DNA of 64,000 nucleotides from Nitrospirales bacterium (GTDB lineage Bacteria; Nitrospirota; Nitrospiria; Nitrospirales; UBA8639): NCBI GenBank assembly GCA_965203295.1, contig CBDBCZ010000013.1, positions 160,001 to 224,000 of the forward strand, read 5' to 3'. Shown piece by piece: positions 27,001 to 64,000 of this stretch (position 1 is its first letter; each line of letters starts with the position of its first letter). The notes under the pieces were generated by a model. It saw only the letters and a program-made list of their open reading frames with translations, ran no database searches and was not told where the DNA came from. The position numbers and the translations under genes were made by a program.

Positions 27001-28353
27001 TCAGAAGACCTGTTTTATATATACACTATATTATTACCAGCTCGTAGTTGCAGGTGTCCCAGCAAAAAAGTTGAATTTCATAAAGTGCGTTGCTTTACAG
27101 GAAATCTGGTATTTCAGGTACAGGGTAGTATAGAATAGGGCAAAATTTCAAGGAAATTCTAATACTATAATACCCTGTATCTGAAATACCAAGTTTTCTG
27201 TAAAATTTCCTTGTAACATATTTGAGGACGTTCCACACTCTTCCTTGTGTGTAATAAGTGTAATCACAGTGTAATAAGAACCATACCATAATAATGAATA
27301 TAAACACCCATGAATGGCCAACCACATTGTTGTATTCAGTGAAGTATAGTGTCAGTGTATATTAAAGTCATAGCCCAAATAAAAACGCCAATAAATGTCT
27401 TCTGGCCGGGACAAATGCGTGTCGTTACCAGGTTCAGGGCGAGAGTTATGGAAGATCAGGGTTAAGGCAGATGAATTGATGCATAAAAAAATTGGGCCTG
27501 GTGCCCCTCACTTTAGCTACTTTTGTGAAAAGTGGGTCCGGGAACGTAGGTAGCTCATGGTTAGGGCCAGGCGCATTTTTTTTGTTTCTGCCTAAAAAAC
27601 AAAGTGACTGTTTGCTCAAAACTGTATAGAGTGAATATAGCTACTTACGTATGCAGGAGCCAAAGATAGGATCTCCAGCTAGATCCGGTGTCAATCCAGA
27701 CAGACAGTTTCCACAGTTTTGACCAAACTCAGTAGTGACGCATTCTCGTGTGTAGTCACAGTCTCCGTAGTAAGGGAGTCGGCACTTGCCTGCAAAATAT
27801 AATATACGCAGCTTAATATTACAAATGTACGGTTACATACATGTAGATCCAATAGATCTTACGCGCATGTATACGCGTTCTTTACATGGGATGGATCAGC
27901 GTTTCGGATCGTGAGTCGGGATACAACGTACTTTCGCAGATTAGACTTCTTTCGTCCTCTCCACTAGTGCAATTGTTGAAACCATCGCAGAGGGCCTCCA
28001 ACTGAATGATCTCCCCACCCGTGCACCGAAACTCCCTCGGGTTTCCGAATATTCCGGTGCCTGCATGTATACCAGATATGAGAGAAGGGGCAGTTCATTT
28101 AACAGTCAGCCGCATGCAACTTACAGTCCAAGCTCGCAAACTGAGTTCCTTCGTCTAAACCGCCAACACAGTCGGCAGTTCCGTCGCAGAGCTGATCCGT
28201 CGTGAGACAGTCGTTTGGATCGTCCGGAACAACCGGGTTGAAACAGGAGAGATTGTCCTCCCCGCACGGCAAGGCATTGCCCACGGCCATGTTCTGGCTG
28301 TCAACGCGCTGGAGCAACAGGAGCACCAGCGAAAACACTAGCCATCGCTTCAT
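1..28353 (-). CDS. Large multi-exon extracellular protein: signal peptide, LDLa x2, EGF-like, Calx-beta x2, sushi/CCP x41 or more (3' end outside window)
   Basis: ATG at 28353 begins a hydrophobic leader MKRWLVFSLVLLLLQRVDS. Exons 28125-28353, 27932-28060, 27649-27789, 24549-24710, 24235-24459, 22995-23141, 22610-22828, then 41 sushi exons from 22269-22451 down to 1-70 (partial). All junctions checked are GT..AG and phase 1, giving one continuous frame. Confidence 0.9.
2250..2370 (+). mobile_element. Non-coding fragment related to the Crypton flank at 26785-26960
   Basis: Shares tacattaccatggcaacc, cagggatcattgctatacc.atgtatattaaat and a gcttcgcctc-like motif with the sequence following the recombinase remnant. 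Confidence 0.6.
15684..16127. mobile_element. 444-bp TAG...CTA family element in a sushi intron
   Basis: TIRs tagccttgtacccaggtacatt and aatgtacctgggtataaggcta; no clear TSD. Confidence 0.7.
17510..17985 (+). mobile_element. Shorter copy of the Helentron-like family in a sushi intron
   Basis: gagcgtgagcgagccccacactagtgtgttcaattgaag ... cgctcatgctcgtcccaca. Confidence 0.5.
18008..18272. mobile_element. Composite double-inverted-repeat element (second copy at about 48884-49133)
   Basis: ggcagccatacaaatcaaagg...cctttgatgtgtatggctgtc followed by the hairpin aaaccaccccctagacgcgtttacc...ggtaaacgcgtctagggggtggttt; same order at 48.9-49.1 kb. Confidence 0.75.
22610..24710 (-). CDS. Exons 4-7: two Calx-beta domains, each split over two phase-1 exons
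   Basis: Motifs SYDAAEG..VEVCV, DGTAIGGGVDY, ITIIDDTLVEVEEVFNVAL..ISITDND and YTVDEDVG, STATAGADY..LTF, VPIIDDGVVEGNETLNI..ITIINDD are typical acidic Calx-beta signatures. Confidence 0.9.
24875..25035. mobile_element. Short MITE
   Basis: taaggtaaaaggagggtaactt and aagttactcccatttacctta inverted ends; internal gttcggacac/gtgtccggag. Confidence 0.6.
26150..26640 (+). pseudogene. Decayed Crypton-type tyrosine recombinase (DUF3504-like), antisense inside intron 3 of the sushi gene
   Basis: Across frameshifts and stops: NIVCGIMR, VDFLKEGAYADFQSTL, EMKLLKRAGMGTHKRQA (from 26337), DHSSPALLNSVF, ALRSGDEH*RL (from 26475), YTEDSSKNNQGLLKGRK (from 26571). Motif order matches Crypton recombinases. Confidence 0.85.
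27649..27789 (-). CDS. Exon 3: EGF-like six-cysteine domain
   Basis: KCRLPYYGDCDYTRECVTTEFGQNCGNCLSGLTPDLAGDPIFGSCI between tttgcag and gtaagt, phase 1-1. Absent from the ORF track. Confidence 0.75.
27932..28353 (-). CDS. Exons 1-2: signal peptide and two LDL-receptor class A-like repeats
   Basis: CLTTDQLCDGTADCVGGLDE and FRCTGGEIIQLEALCDGFNNCTSGEDE both match the LDLa CDG..DC..G.DE signature. Donors at 28124 and 27931, acceptor cag before 28060. Confidence 0.85.
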
Positions 28354-29029
28354 GACTTTGCGTCCTATAACGAACTTCAGCGCGTTATAGCTACCCAATT
28401 GAACTGTAAAAAAAATAAACTTATCCAATAAATGCAGACGATGTAATGAGAACGAGATTTAGAGGCGGCAACGCCCTTTTTGTGTATGAGGCGAGCGCTA
28501 TCATGTAACGAATGAATATTGGTCAGTTCTGCTCTTTATCCGCATGGCAATCTCTGATAAAAATACACAATGCAATTTTAAACAGGCTGCTTTGTTTACA
28601 ACGTCATTGGCTATACAAGATACAGCACGTATTTCCGCGATTATAGGCGCCGCTGCTATATATACATGTACATTCACAATTAAATCTTAATATATTATGC
28701 ATATAGGGCTTATATTGTAGGAGATCCGTGTATGCATTTTTCGGTTAAATTGTGAGAACGATAACCATGTATGCAGTGGTTAGTTAACAGATGAAACTGG
28801 TGAAATAATGTGCTGCAATTGGGAATGAGCACATGCATGTGGAGGTTCAGACTCATCATGAAATAAAAATAGACCCCACGCGTACAATCCCTAGCTCAAT
28901 TAGGTTATGTACATGTGCACGTGATTACACGTGCTGTAGCTAGCACAATGAATAATAATCCAAGTGCAGACAATGGCCTAGCTGCATGAATATTGGCTGA
29001 GTTTACAACTCTAAATGTTGCATCATGAA

Positions 29030-29790
29030 TAGGCCCTGATGGATTATGCTGGCATAATTTTGAGAACAATAGGTAGTAAAAAGAATTAAGAATTATTCGA
29101 GAATAATAGGTAGTAATTTTGCTCCAAAAAAAAATAATGGGTAAGTTTTGGAGTCACATGAATCGTGTGTGTCGCATCCCTTTCCAGATTATGATTGTCA
29201 ATAAATTCTTCCGGTGGAAAATAATTATTTTGCTACAAATAATTGCTGGCATAATTCCATGTTGCTGTATAATGATGGTTTGTAAGTTTCTTCATAGTGT
29301 GTCACTATAAATGGCTTCTTCCGGACCAGTTTTGGTTCACTTTTAAATCTGTATTATTTTTGAGAATAATAGGTGAAAAAAAGAATAATAGGTAAATGAA
29401 AAAAATAATAGGTAAGACTTTCAAGGATAAAAGAATAGAAAAATAAGCAATATTTATGAGAATAACGCGGGAATAATCGGGGATAAAAATGAGAAATTCA
29501 GGAAGAGTCCACTCTACCAGCTTGGGCTGAGGCAGCAAAATAAGTGCTAGTAGTGCAGCCCTCTTCTGCTGCTGCAGAGCACATAATTATTTTCTCTTTT
29601 GATACTTTCCTTGTACGTGCATGTTCATACATACAGCTTGTAAAAGTCGCATACATAAATTTGATTTTGGTTGATTATTTGAGAATAATTTGAGAATTGT
29701 AGGATGAAGTTGTGAGAATAATGGGTGATTCTTTGGGGAAGTTCCCAGAAGAATAATAGGTAAATTCTGGAGAATAATAGGCTCAGGCCT
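29030..29790. repeat. Region rich in gaataatagg(t) motifs, probably transposon subterminal repeats
   Basis: About ten gagaataat/aataataggt motifs between taggccctga (29030) and ctcaggccta (29790). Confidence 0.5.
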
Positions 29791-30060
29791 ACTACTGGCT
29801 TCAGTTTTGACATAATCAGGACAAAACTGATGTTGTTTCCGTAGGTAATGGAACTGCACACATTTAGCTAAGTGTACAAAATCATATCCTCGCCTTTTTG
29901 CATGCATGCATGCATGCAGCACACTGCAAAAATGCCAGTGCTGCAGCGCTGAGACAGCACGCAGAAAAGCCGAGTGTTGTTCAGTAGATCACGCGTCATG
30001 TCGCAGCTAGTGTAGAGGCGGAGCCAGTCTCGTGCCCAGACGTTGGCTCCTCCCCAGAGG

Positions 30061-31784
30061 TAGTCTCGTGCCCAGCCCCACGATAGGAAGTGGTCTGGCT
30101 CGCCGTATATTCGAAGTTGGGTTAGCGATACATCACCAAACGGATGATGTCCATGTGGCCATTCGTGTAGATATTCGGATACTGCAACCGTTTAGTGATG
30201 TAATACTACTAGTGATACGCAGGGCATAGTGGGGCGAGCCTTCGCGAAGCATGTGGTGACAATGAGGAAAAGTGTGCATGTACAAATTCTTTAGAGTCTG
30301 TGAAGTGATAGACTGAGATAAAAATTTGAATACGTGTAACTTGAGGAATGAGAATTTGTCTAAAGTGCATTCCTGTCAGTATGTTCTATGCTCTCTAAAG
30401 AACCTCGATTGCGCGAGAATACGCGAGAAGACCGTGACGTCATCATATGTGTACATAGCTATAGCTAATTAGTACTTTGACCGCTGCATGCGTTGGGACG
30501 ACTTCGACCGCTGCGCACGTTGGGATGCTCTGACAGCCGACGGTATTATAATGATGGCCTCAAATCAGCACTTCGAGCGCGCTCTATTGCGAAGGTTAGT
30601 GGCTGTATAGTCCTGTAAGTGCAAACCATGCACAGCTGTATCTGCTACGTTAGACAAACTACGACGATGTGCATTAAATGGAGTCAGTTCCATTCGCCTA
30701 CATGTACATGTGCTGATGTGGGTAAGCTTATGGTTTTGTAATTGTTTGCAGTCTCTCCTTTGAGTTACTGCCTCCACATGGCTTAGGCAGAAAACTACTG
30801 TCAAAATCTTGATCAGGCTACTGCCACTGGCAGATCATGCTCCACATTCTATATGGTAGCTATACTAGTCTCGTTCCCAGACCCTCCAAAAAATTTCGAC
30901 GGGGCATGTGTGGCGGGTCTGGGAACGAGACTATAGCTATACTACATGGACATTACATAATACATGCTTTGGCTTCTAAAAGAAATGTAGTGTGCACACG
31001 TTCTATACACTGTGACGAGTCAATTTTCAACACTGACATGTGGCTTAGACAAAAGCACTGCTTCATTGGCAGGAGATGCTATACTGTTCCATGCAAATCA
31101 CATAGAGGTCACACTTTTCATTTCTATCTGTACAGAGTGAGCGAGTTGAACACGCACAAGTACTTGCGCGAGCGAACCGAGCACAAGTACTTGTAATGAT
31201 GATAATAATACAGACAGAAATGCAGAGTCAACTCGCTAGTGCTGGCTCGCCCCAATTAAGGGTACAGTCGTCAATTAAAGCAAACAAGACGAGCATACCG
31301 GTACCCTTACAGGAATAAAGTGGATAGTCTGGAGGGAGGTCTGGGCACCCCTATGTTTGCCAGCAAGTAGGTAGAACAACAGAATGGCCAAATGCGTGCA
31401 TCATCAAGCCCCATAGTGTTTGGGGGGTGAAGATGGGGGACCCAAGCTGGGGCCCCCAACGGCCCAGACCAGATCACGTCACTTTGAGATGGAGTAGCTT
31501 ACAGTATCTAAACATCCACAATTCCAGGAAAGGGTAATGTAATCGCTTGATGGTAGTGTGTGGTGGGAGGGTGGGAGAAGCAAAGTAACAACAGCAAGAG
31601 CGCTAGCATGCAACGTGAAATTGGCTGCTTAATAACTCACGTGCCTACATCCGGTGCACGTGCGGCGCGTCACCATTAAGCTAGGGGATCCAGAGAGCTC
31701 CCTCCATTAACTACAGTACGTTTAACTTTGGATTAAACTCCATTAAGTAACCACCTTCCTAACGTGGGGCTGGGTACGAGACTA
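30061..31784. mobile_element. 1.7-kb non-autonomous element of the TAG...CTA family, with nested insertions
   Basis: About 30-bp TIRs tagtctcgtgcccagccccacgataggaag and cttcctaacgtggggctgggtacgagacta. No TSD seen. Contains the 30866-30933 element. Confidence 0.65.
30866..30933. mobile_element. 68-bp TAG...CTA miniature element with perfect 9-bp TSD
   Basis: tagtctcgttcccagacc...ggtctgggaacgagacta, flanked by TAGCTATAC. Confidence 0.85.
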
Positions 31785-32001
31785 CTGACTCTGACTTCTG
31801 GTTCGCCGAATTTCGAAGAGCTGTTGCACTGAATTTAATGCGAACGCCCAAAAACAAACAGCGAAATAATCATTATAGTAAAATAATAATTCATACAGTT
31901 TGTGTTTATAGTGATAGTCATGTAAGCAACAAACATCTGTATGGCCTAGTGTCCCTAAAATAAGCTAATAACGGTAATGTGGGAAGACACTATCAAGCAA
32001 A

Positions 32002-32343
32002 CTATCCACGTGGCTCATCGTCGCTGGACCTGTCAAGCCGGCTGTAGTGAGAACAAACAATCTTTCAGACGGTGAAAAGTATGTTGATTAGTAATAAATA
32101 CATGTAGCATTAAGCATGATAACATTCGTACATTACATAAAAAAATTAATATCCTTACCAAGGAGTACATCGATTGGTAGGGCGCCGGCGATAGCTATTC
32201 CCGAAAAATCTGCAGCATGTGCGTGTATTTACATTGAAAGATTGACCCGAGCAGAAATCCCCTTCGTAGCAAGTTTGAAAGTATGCAGCATTCGCAACGG
32301 TGGTAAGTAATCCGACCACCAGTACGCACACCAATATATTCAT
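32002..32343 (-). CDS. Small secreted cysteine-rich peptide, 74 aa, two exons
   Basis: Exon 1 32159-32343 (donor TG|gtaagg) and exon 2 32002-32041 (ctacag|C) give MNILVCVLVVGLLTTVANA-AYFQTCYEGDFCSGQSFNVNTRTCCRFFGNSYRRRPTNRCTPCRLDRSSDDEPRG*. The leader ends in A-N-A, and splicing creates the sixth mature Cys. Confidence 0.8.
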
Positions 32344-32462
32344 CTTAGGTTGCTTTCAGAAGTCGGAATTCTATAGACGTCCAATTCGTTTGGAGGCAGC
32401 TCTCTACATGCAGTTCGGATTGATTACTGTTGCGCATGCAGCGCTAGCGTTAGAAACCCCAC

Positions 32463-32469
32463 TTTTATA
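32463..32469 (-). promoter_or_regulatory. TATA box of the cysteine-rich peptide gene
   Basis: Minus strand gagTATAAAAgtgggg about 120 nt upstream of the ATG at 32343. Confidence 0.6.
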
Positions 32470-32906
32470 CTCGTGTGTGTATATGGGCAGAAGCCATTCT
32501 TTATGGGCGCATGTGCACGCAAATTAATTTTAATGGACTTGACTTGAAAACTCCTGGACCGTATACGTTTACGTTAGTGACGCGGATATCCGCTTATACT
32601 TTATGTATAGTGACCTAGCTATAGCTATATGCTGTTTATTTTCATCTTTAGCTATCTGGTGCATTGGTAATTATGTATGTAGCTCTTTGGAAATTATTCT
32701 TTAGAAAAAGAACTTCATAGGTAGACATAATTATTATATATCTCCACATCTCCAAGTCTCCATATTCAACTTGAAATTCAGAGAGCAACTAGCTAGCAGA
32801 GAATGGCAACTGAGAGGAAATGTAATTGGTATTACAGTAATGTCTATAGCTTTTCTCAACTCTAGCTAGCTATATAGGCTCTAGCTATATGACAGACAGA
32901 TGCATG

Positions 32907-33454
32907 CAGGTATCCCCCCCAAACACTCCAGCTTCCCCCCCAAAATTTCTGCCAATTAAATTTAATTAAGTGAAAGTAGTGTCAAGAAATGCAACATACA
33001 GTGAGAACATGATAACTTTATTTATGTGCTACTTCCAATGTCCACTTGAGTATGTCTTCACACTTATGTCATGGTTTTGCTACTACTTCCCCATTAAATT
33101 TTGGTTAATTAATAACACTTCTTTTACTGTGGTTCACGTACTACACTAGATGACTTTCGGCAGGGGAAACTTTGACTTACTTGCAATTTTTAAAGGACTT
33201 ACTTGCAATGTATGGTGCACTAGCTAAGAATGTGTCTGTAATACCACAGCTACCAGGACCTCAAAACTGTCTTAAAATACTTCAGAACCACTCTCACAAG
33301 GCTCAAAATTCCAAAATTTTTCTGGGGGCATGCCCCCATACCCCCCTACAAAACTCTGGCCTGTGACCGCAGCCCCGCCCCCCCCCCCCCCCACCCACCA
33401 TCAATTTCAAGCCTGACCTTCTCCCCCAAACTAAAAATTCTAGATAGAACCCTG
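32907..33454. mobile_element. CAGG...CCTG element with 5-bp flanking duplication
   Basis: Termini cagg and ccctg flanked by GCATG, internal C-runs, degenerate left end. A similar G-run end sequence lies at about 44738-44850. Confidence 0.5.
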
Positions 33455-33669
33455 GCATGGTCCCAGAATAGCAACGCAGGAAGAGGGGAAGATACATGCA
33501 GCAAATGGTCTTATATTTGTATCCCACGTCCAGAGCTCCATAATCCTGCCGTAGTTCAATGGAGTCATGTTGAAGAGTTATAGCTATACTGATGTGAAGG
33601 CTGTAGATAACTTAACAACTGTTAATAATCGGACGTGGCAATGCAAAGCAGCAGAGATGCAGACCCAGG

Positions 33670-34020
33670 ACAGGTCCCGGAGGATGATGCAAGAGCCTGG
33701 GATGATGATGATCATTAAAACATGCATGTGCCATATAACCACAGTAAAGGAAGTGTGAATGAAACCAGGAAATACATACAATGACAGGTCCTGAGCTGGA
33801 TGATGCAAGAGCCTGCATGGGGTGATGATCCTAAAACCATTTGTCCTACAATGTATAACCATAGTAAAAGAAGTGTGAATGAAACCAGGAAATACAATGC
33901 AGATCCTGAGGATGATTAAATGATGCAAGAGCAGAGGATGATTATCCTAAATCCATGTGACCATTATAATGTACATGTAATCACAATAAAGGAAGTGTGA
34001 CTAGAAACCAGGCAATACAA
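33670..34020. repeat. Minisatellite, about three copies of a roughly 120-bp unit
   Basis: gatgatgcaagagc ... gaagtgtga.t.aaaccagg recurs three times. Confidence 0.8.
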
Positions 34021-34614
34021 TATACATGCAGGGGTGAGGAGTACAACATGGCCATGCAATCTCTCCATAGAGTGACGTAAGTACAACAGGAAAAAGATAC
34101 TAATGAAGGACATGAGATAATTCTACACTCAGCTATGACACAACCATTACAATAGTCTACAGACTAGTATTTACTTTGTAACACTGCTATGAAGTCACTC
34201 CTTAAAATTACTTTTTGCCACCCATGCGTACAATTGATTTGTACAGTAGAGTGCTCTTAAATACCAGGTTAACATGTAGGTGGTGTATGCAGTGTAGTAC
34301 ACGTGCCTCACGAATCCAGAAGCCATACAGGTGCTCAAACCCAGGCCTTCCATGCAGATTTTTTCCATGCACAGCTGCGAGAAAAAAATCTGCGTGGAAA
34401 GCCTGGGTTCGAGCAACTTATAGTCTACTACACTATCTAGCTACATGTACCTACAGGTGCATGGTGAGACACTGCTGCGCTACGTACCTGCATTGTATAG
34501 GTGCATGGTATTGCACTACCTGTAGATGTGATGAGACACAGCTTTGATGTTTAGGAGAGCTTCCCCCCCTCTGTCACCCCAGGTAGTATAGTACTGTGTT
34601 GTGTGTCGTGTGAG

Positions 34615-34703
34615 TAGCCTCGGTCCCAGGCTCTATACTCCCCAGCTTTTTTTTACTATATATGTGCAAAAAAGCTGGGCAGTAGATCCTGGGAACGAGG
34701 CTA
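34615..34703. mobile_element. TAG...CTA miniature element with decayed 9-bp TSD
   Basis: tagcctcggtcccagg...cctgggaacgaggcta; flanks tcgtgtgag and ttatgtgag (7 of 9). Confidence 0.75.
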
Positions 34704-34911
34704 TTATGTGAGTACAGTTCATAGCGCTGTCTCACTGAATTATCTTCATGACTACATTTTATTTTACAAAATAAACTTTGTATGAACAGCACATTATTCT
34801 ACAGCACTTACACTCCACGGTACACGAATATAAACAAATCATTTGGTTGATAGATTTATATAGCTAGCTGAACACAACTATAACAACATTGCATATAAGT
34901 CTTAAAGGTCT

Positions 34912-41969
<7,058 letters not shown>

Positions 41970-42143
41970 ACTGCACTCCGAATGAGAGGGCGTGGCAGCA
42001 ACATTACGTCATTGTCTCGTGCTCCGCCCCGCCCACGTACTTGGAGCTTCGATAAGCTTATAAGGCGATGGCGACTGCCACGCTTTGAGGCTAGCGCGAA
42101 CTCTCAGAGAATCGAGATATTCAGCGATGTGCTAGTGCAGTAG
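41970..42143. promoter_or_regulatory. Candidate CpG-rich bidirectional promoter with a putative non-coding first exon of the plus-strand gene
   Basis: CpG-rich patch with overlapping GC boxes (ccgccccgccc near 42024-42034) just upstream of the minus-strand ATG at 41969. A plus-strand donor-like cagtag|gtatga lies at 42143/42144. Confidence 0.45.
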
Positions 42144-43547
42144 GTATGATGATTGCAGACGTACTGTGCTAAGGCTAGCAGCGTTTCATGTTAATGACTA
42201 AAGAATAATATCTCTGCCAAATTAAATTTTGCCAACTAGCTACCAGTATTGAAAGGGTTGCGTAATTACTGTTAGGCGAGTTCTTAATGTTAATGGCTGA
42301 TTCGGGCTAGTTAGAGAGAGTCTCCAGACTTCATATATTATCTCTGCATGAGACTTAGTTAGAGGGTAGCTACTGAAATGGGTGTGTCACTAGTACTGAA
42401 ACCTGACACTGATTGTACAGCATGTGCCAGTGCAGCTAAAGATATTCAGGGGGCTTTTGTTTGCTAATCTCAGGGGCAGATAGCTATGAGTGATTGATTA
42501 TAGCAGGTAGCTACTATTGCACAGTAGCTACATGGTCTGGAGAGGGGAGGTCAAAATCCAACGCCACAATGTTTTGTGACTTGCAAGATGTGGAAAACTT
42601 CACTGGTGTTTTAACACATATACATACACTACAGCACTGTTGTCCTTTACTTTCGAGTAGAAGTCTTGCAGCATGAGCCCAGAAGTTATAACTCTGCCTA
42701 GATTGGATTTTTTTTTGTGGGTTCAGCTGGTTTAAATGTTGTGGAGCCTATAAAAGGTTATCAGGATTTGTAGCCACTTGGCGGAATTTGTTTTTGACAT
42801 AGAGTTGGTCTGTGTAGATAAAAAATGTGCCTCATATTCACTGGACTCCACAGGAGAAGTTTTCAAGATGGTAATAACTCTCCCTCAGAACTAAGAAACC
42901 GCATGTGGGGGAAACACGTTGCTGATCAATGAAATTGATTGTGAACGCGTACATGTATATAGCAACAGTTGCATGTGCCGTGATACAGCAAATAACCAGT
43001 CATACAGTAACTTGCCTATAGCCTCTGGCAAGTACGTATGTTTTTGTGTCATATTTTATGTAAAGAAAACTACTGTGCTAGATTGTATACCCCAATCTTG
43101 CAAAGATAAGCCCTCTCCCCTTTTTGCCTGAGAAATTTATCGTATAGGTCCATTTTATCTTGAAACCAAGTGGAATGAGATGACTTTCTAGTCTCTTAAT
43201 TGGTGATTATGATTTGTCATTCTTATATTGATAGATTGTTTGCAAAACGATTTATTGTATTGTAGCTAGGCTTGCTCCCAGGCTCTTGCAGTCGTACTGC
43301 AAGCGTTAAAGCTGGATGAGAGCCTGTTACTGAGGCTATTTATATTGTGCCCTATTACGACTGACTCGGGAGTGTACTTAGTAATGTGGTGGGTGTACTA
43401 TCATGTGAACTGTTCACAATAATGGTGATGGTGTACATGTATTTTCTTGTAAACCGTTGAAAATAAGCCCTCCCCTCTTAGTCTGTGGGGAGCCAGTCAA
43501 ATTCATTGCAGATTACTATGGCATGCAGCTCGAAATTCATCTGGCAT

Positions 43548-43608
43548 GACCTGTTATCTGGTGTGACCTGTTATCTGGTGTGACCTGTTATCTGGCGTGA
43601 CCTGTTAT
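43548..43608. repeat. 17-bp tandem repeat, about 3.6 copies
   Basis: tgacctgttatctggtg units. Confidence 0.85.
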
Positions 43609-44433
43609 CAATGAAAGTGGTTTACCATTATGGGATATGGAATGTGCAATATCAACTGGGGCTGTACTTGTATAAACTGAGGAGCGATGATATGCAAGGA
43701 GTGCCATACATGTGAGCCAGACACACAATGAAAGGCCTAGTGTTGTCGCTGCAAGTCAACAACCAGCATATACATGTATATAATGTCTGAGTAGTCCGTC
43801 TTAGTCTTGCGTAACTAATATGGCCTAAACTTTGAAAGTTTTGGGTACTGGGTATACAGTGGTAAATATAAATTAGTTCCTATAGCATTTGTCTTTAATC
43901 TTTTAAATTAATGACAGAAATGGCTTTCTGGAGTAAAGTCAATTTTAACTATGTCTAATCACGTGCTATATATTGATACCAGTATGTTTCCCCTGTAGAC
44001 AAGAGTGTGATTGTTTTCATAATTAATCACGCACACTTTTTTAGTTCAACAAAGGCTGTTGATATAGGAGCTACTATAACATACTATTAGCATGGAATAA
44101 CATGCATTCTCATGCTGTTTGGGAATAATTGTAGTAGGCAAATTGCGCTTGCTTCGTTCGTGCAAAGTGCTCATGTTATGTTTCCTGAATCGCACTTGTG
44201 ATTACGCTAATTGAACCCTTGTACCAAAATACTGTAGCTTACTTGCATTCAATTCCATACCTAACCTAGGTGTTTTTTTTAAAGTTGCATAATAAAACTC
44301 CCAAGGAAGCTCCTTTTTTGTTGTATGAACTTAACCTAAATGTAGGACACTTTGCACTCAGAGTTCATAATCCATTCAGAATGTTAACATCAGCATGTTA
44401 ATGAAGTGGTGCTTTATACTTTTGCAGTTAACT

Positions 44434-64000
<19,567 letters not shown>

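Noticed and set aside
28353..32343. Cysteine-peptide exon 1 as an alternative first exon of the sushi gene
   Set aside because: It ends in phase 2 whereas the sushi gene exons are phase 1, and it has its own short terminal exon.

Overview
Intron-rich, repeat-rich animal genomic DNA; the domain content and transposon types suggest a non-bilaterian, most likely a demosponge (inference). No prokaryotic features, rRNA, tRNA or CRISPR were seen. Four spliced genes were reconstructed by hand from GT-AG junctions and frame continuity. (1) Minus strand, 28353 to beyond position 1: a large secreted or cell-surface protein with signal peptide, 2 LDLa-like, 1 EGF-like, 2 Calx-beta and at least 41 tandem sushi/CCP domains. 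Each sushi domain is one symmetric phase-1 exon, nearly always 183 nt. The central 23 exon+intron units (4.4-13.6 kb) are a homogenised array with a three-unit higher-order period. Most of them carry an in-frame double stop and an AATAAA directly behind the splice donor, which could let single exons act as alternative last exons. (2) Minus strand, 32002-32343: a two-exon, 74-aa secreted six-cysteine peptide with a TATA box. (3) Minus strand, 34912-41969: a 13-exon, about 856-aa protein with CxxC-x6-CxxC, a Gly/Arg-rich region and C-terminal EF-hands. (4) Plus strand, about 44434 to beyond 64000: an RNF213/mysterin-like AAA+ protein, head-to-head with gene 3. Introns and spacers hold a decayed Crypton tyrosine recombinase, tiny TAG...CTA elements with 9-bp TSDs, CAGG...CCTG elements with 5-bp TSDs, TA-flanked MITEs, Helentron-like elements, hairpins and microsatellites. 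All family assignments come from motif recognition, not database searches.
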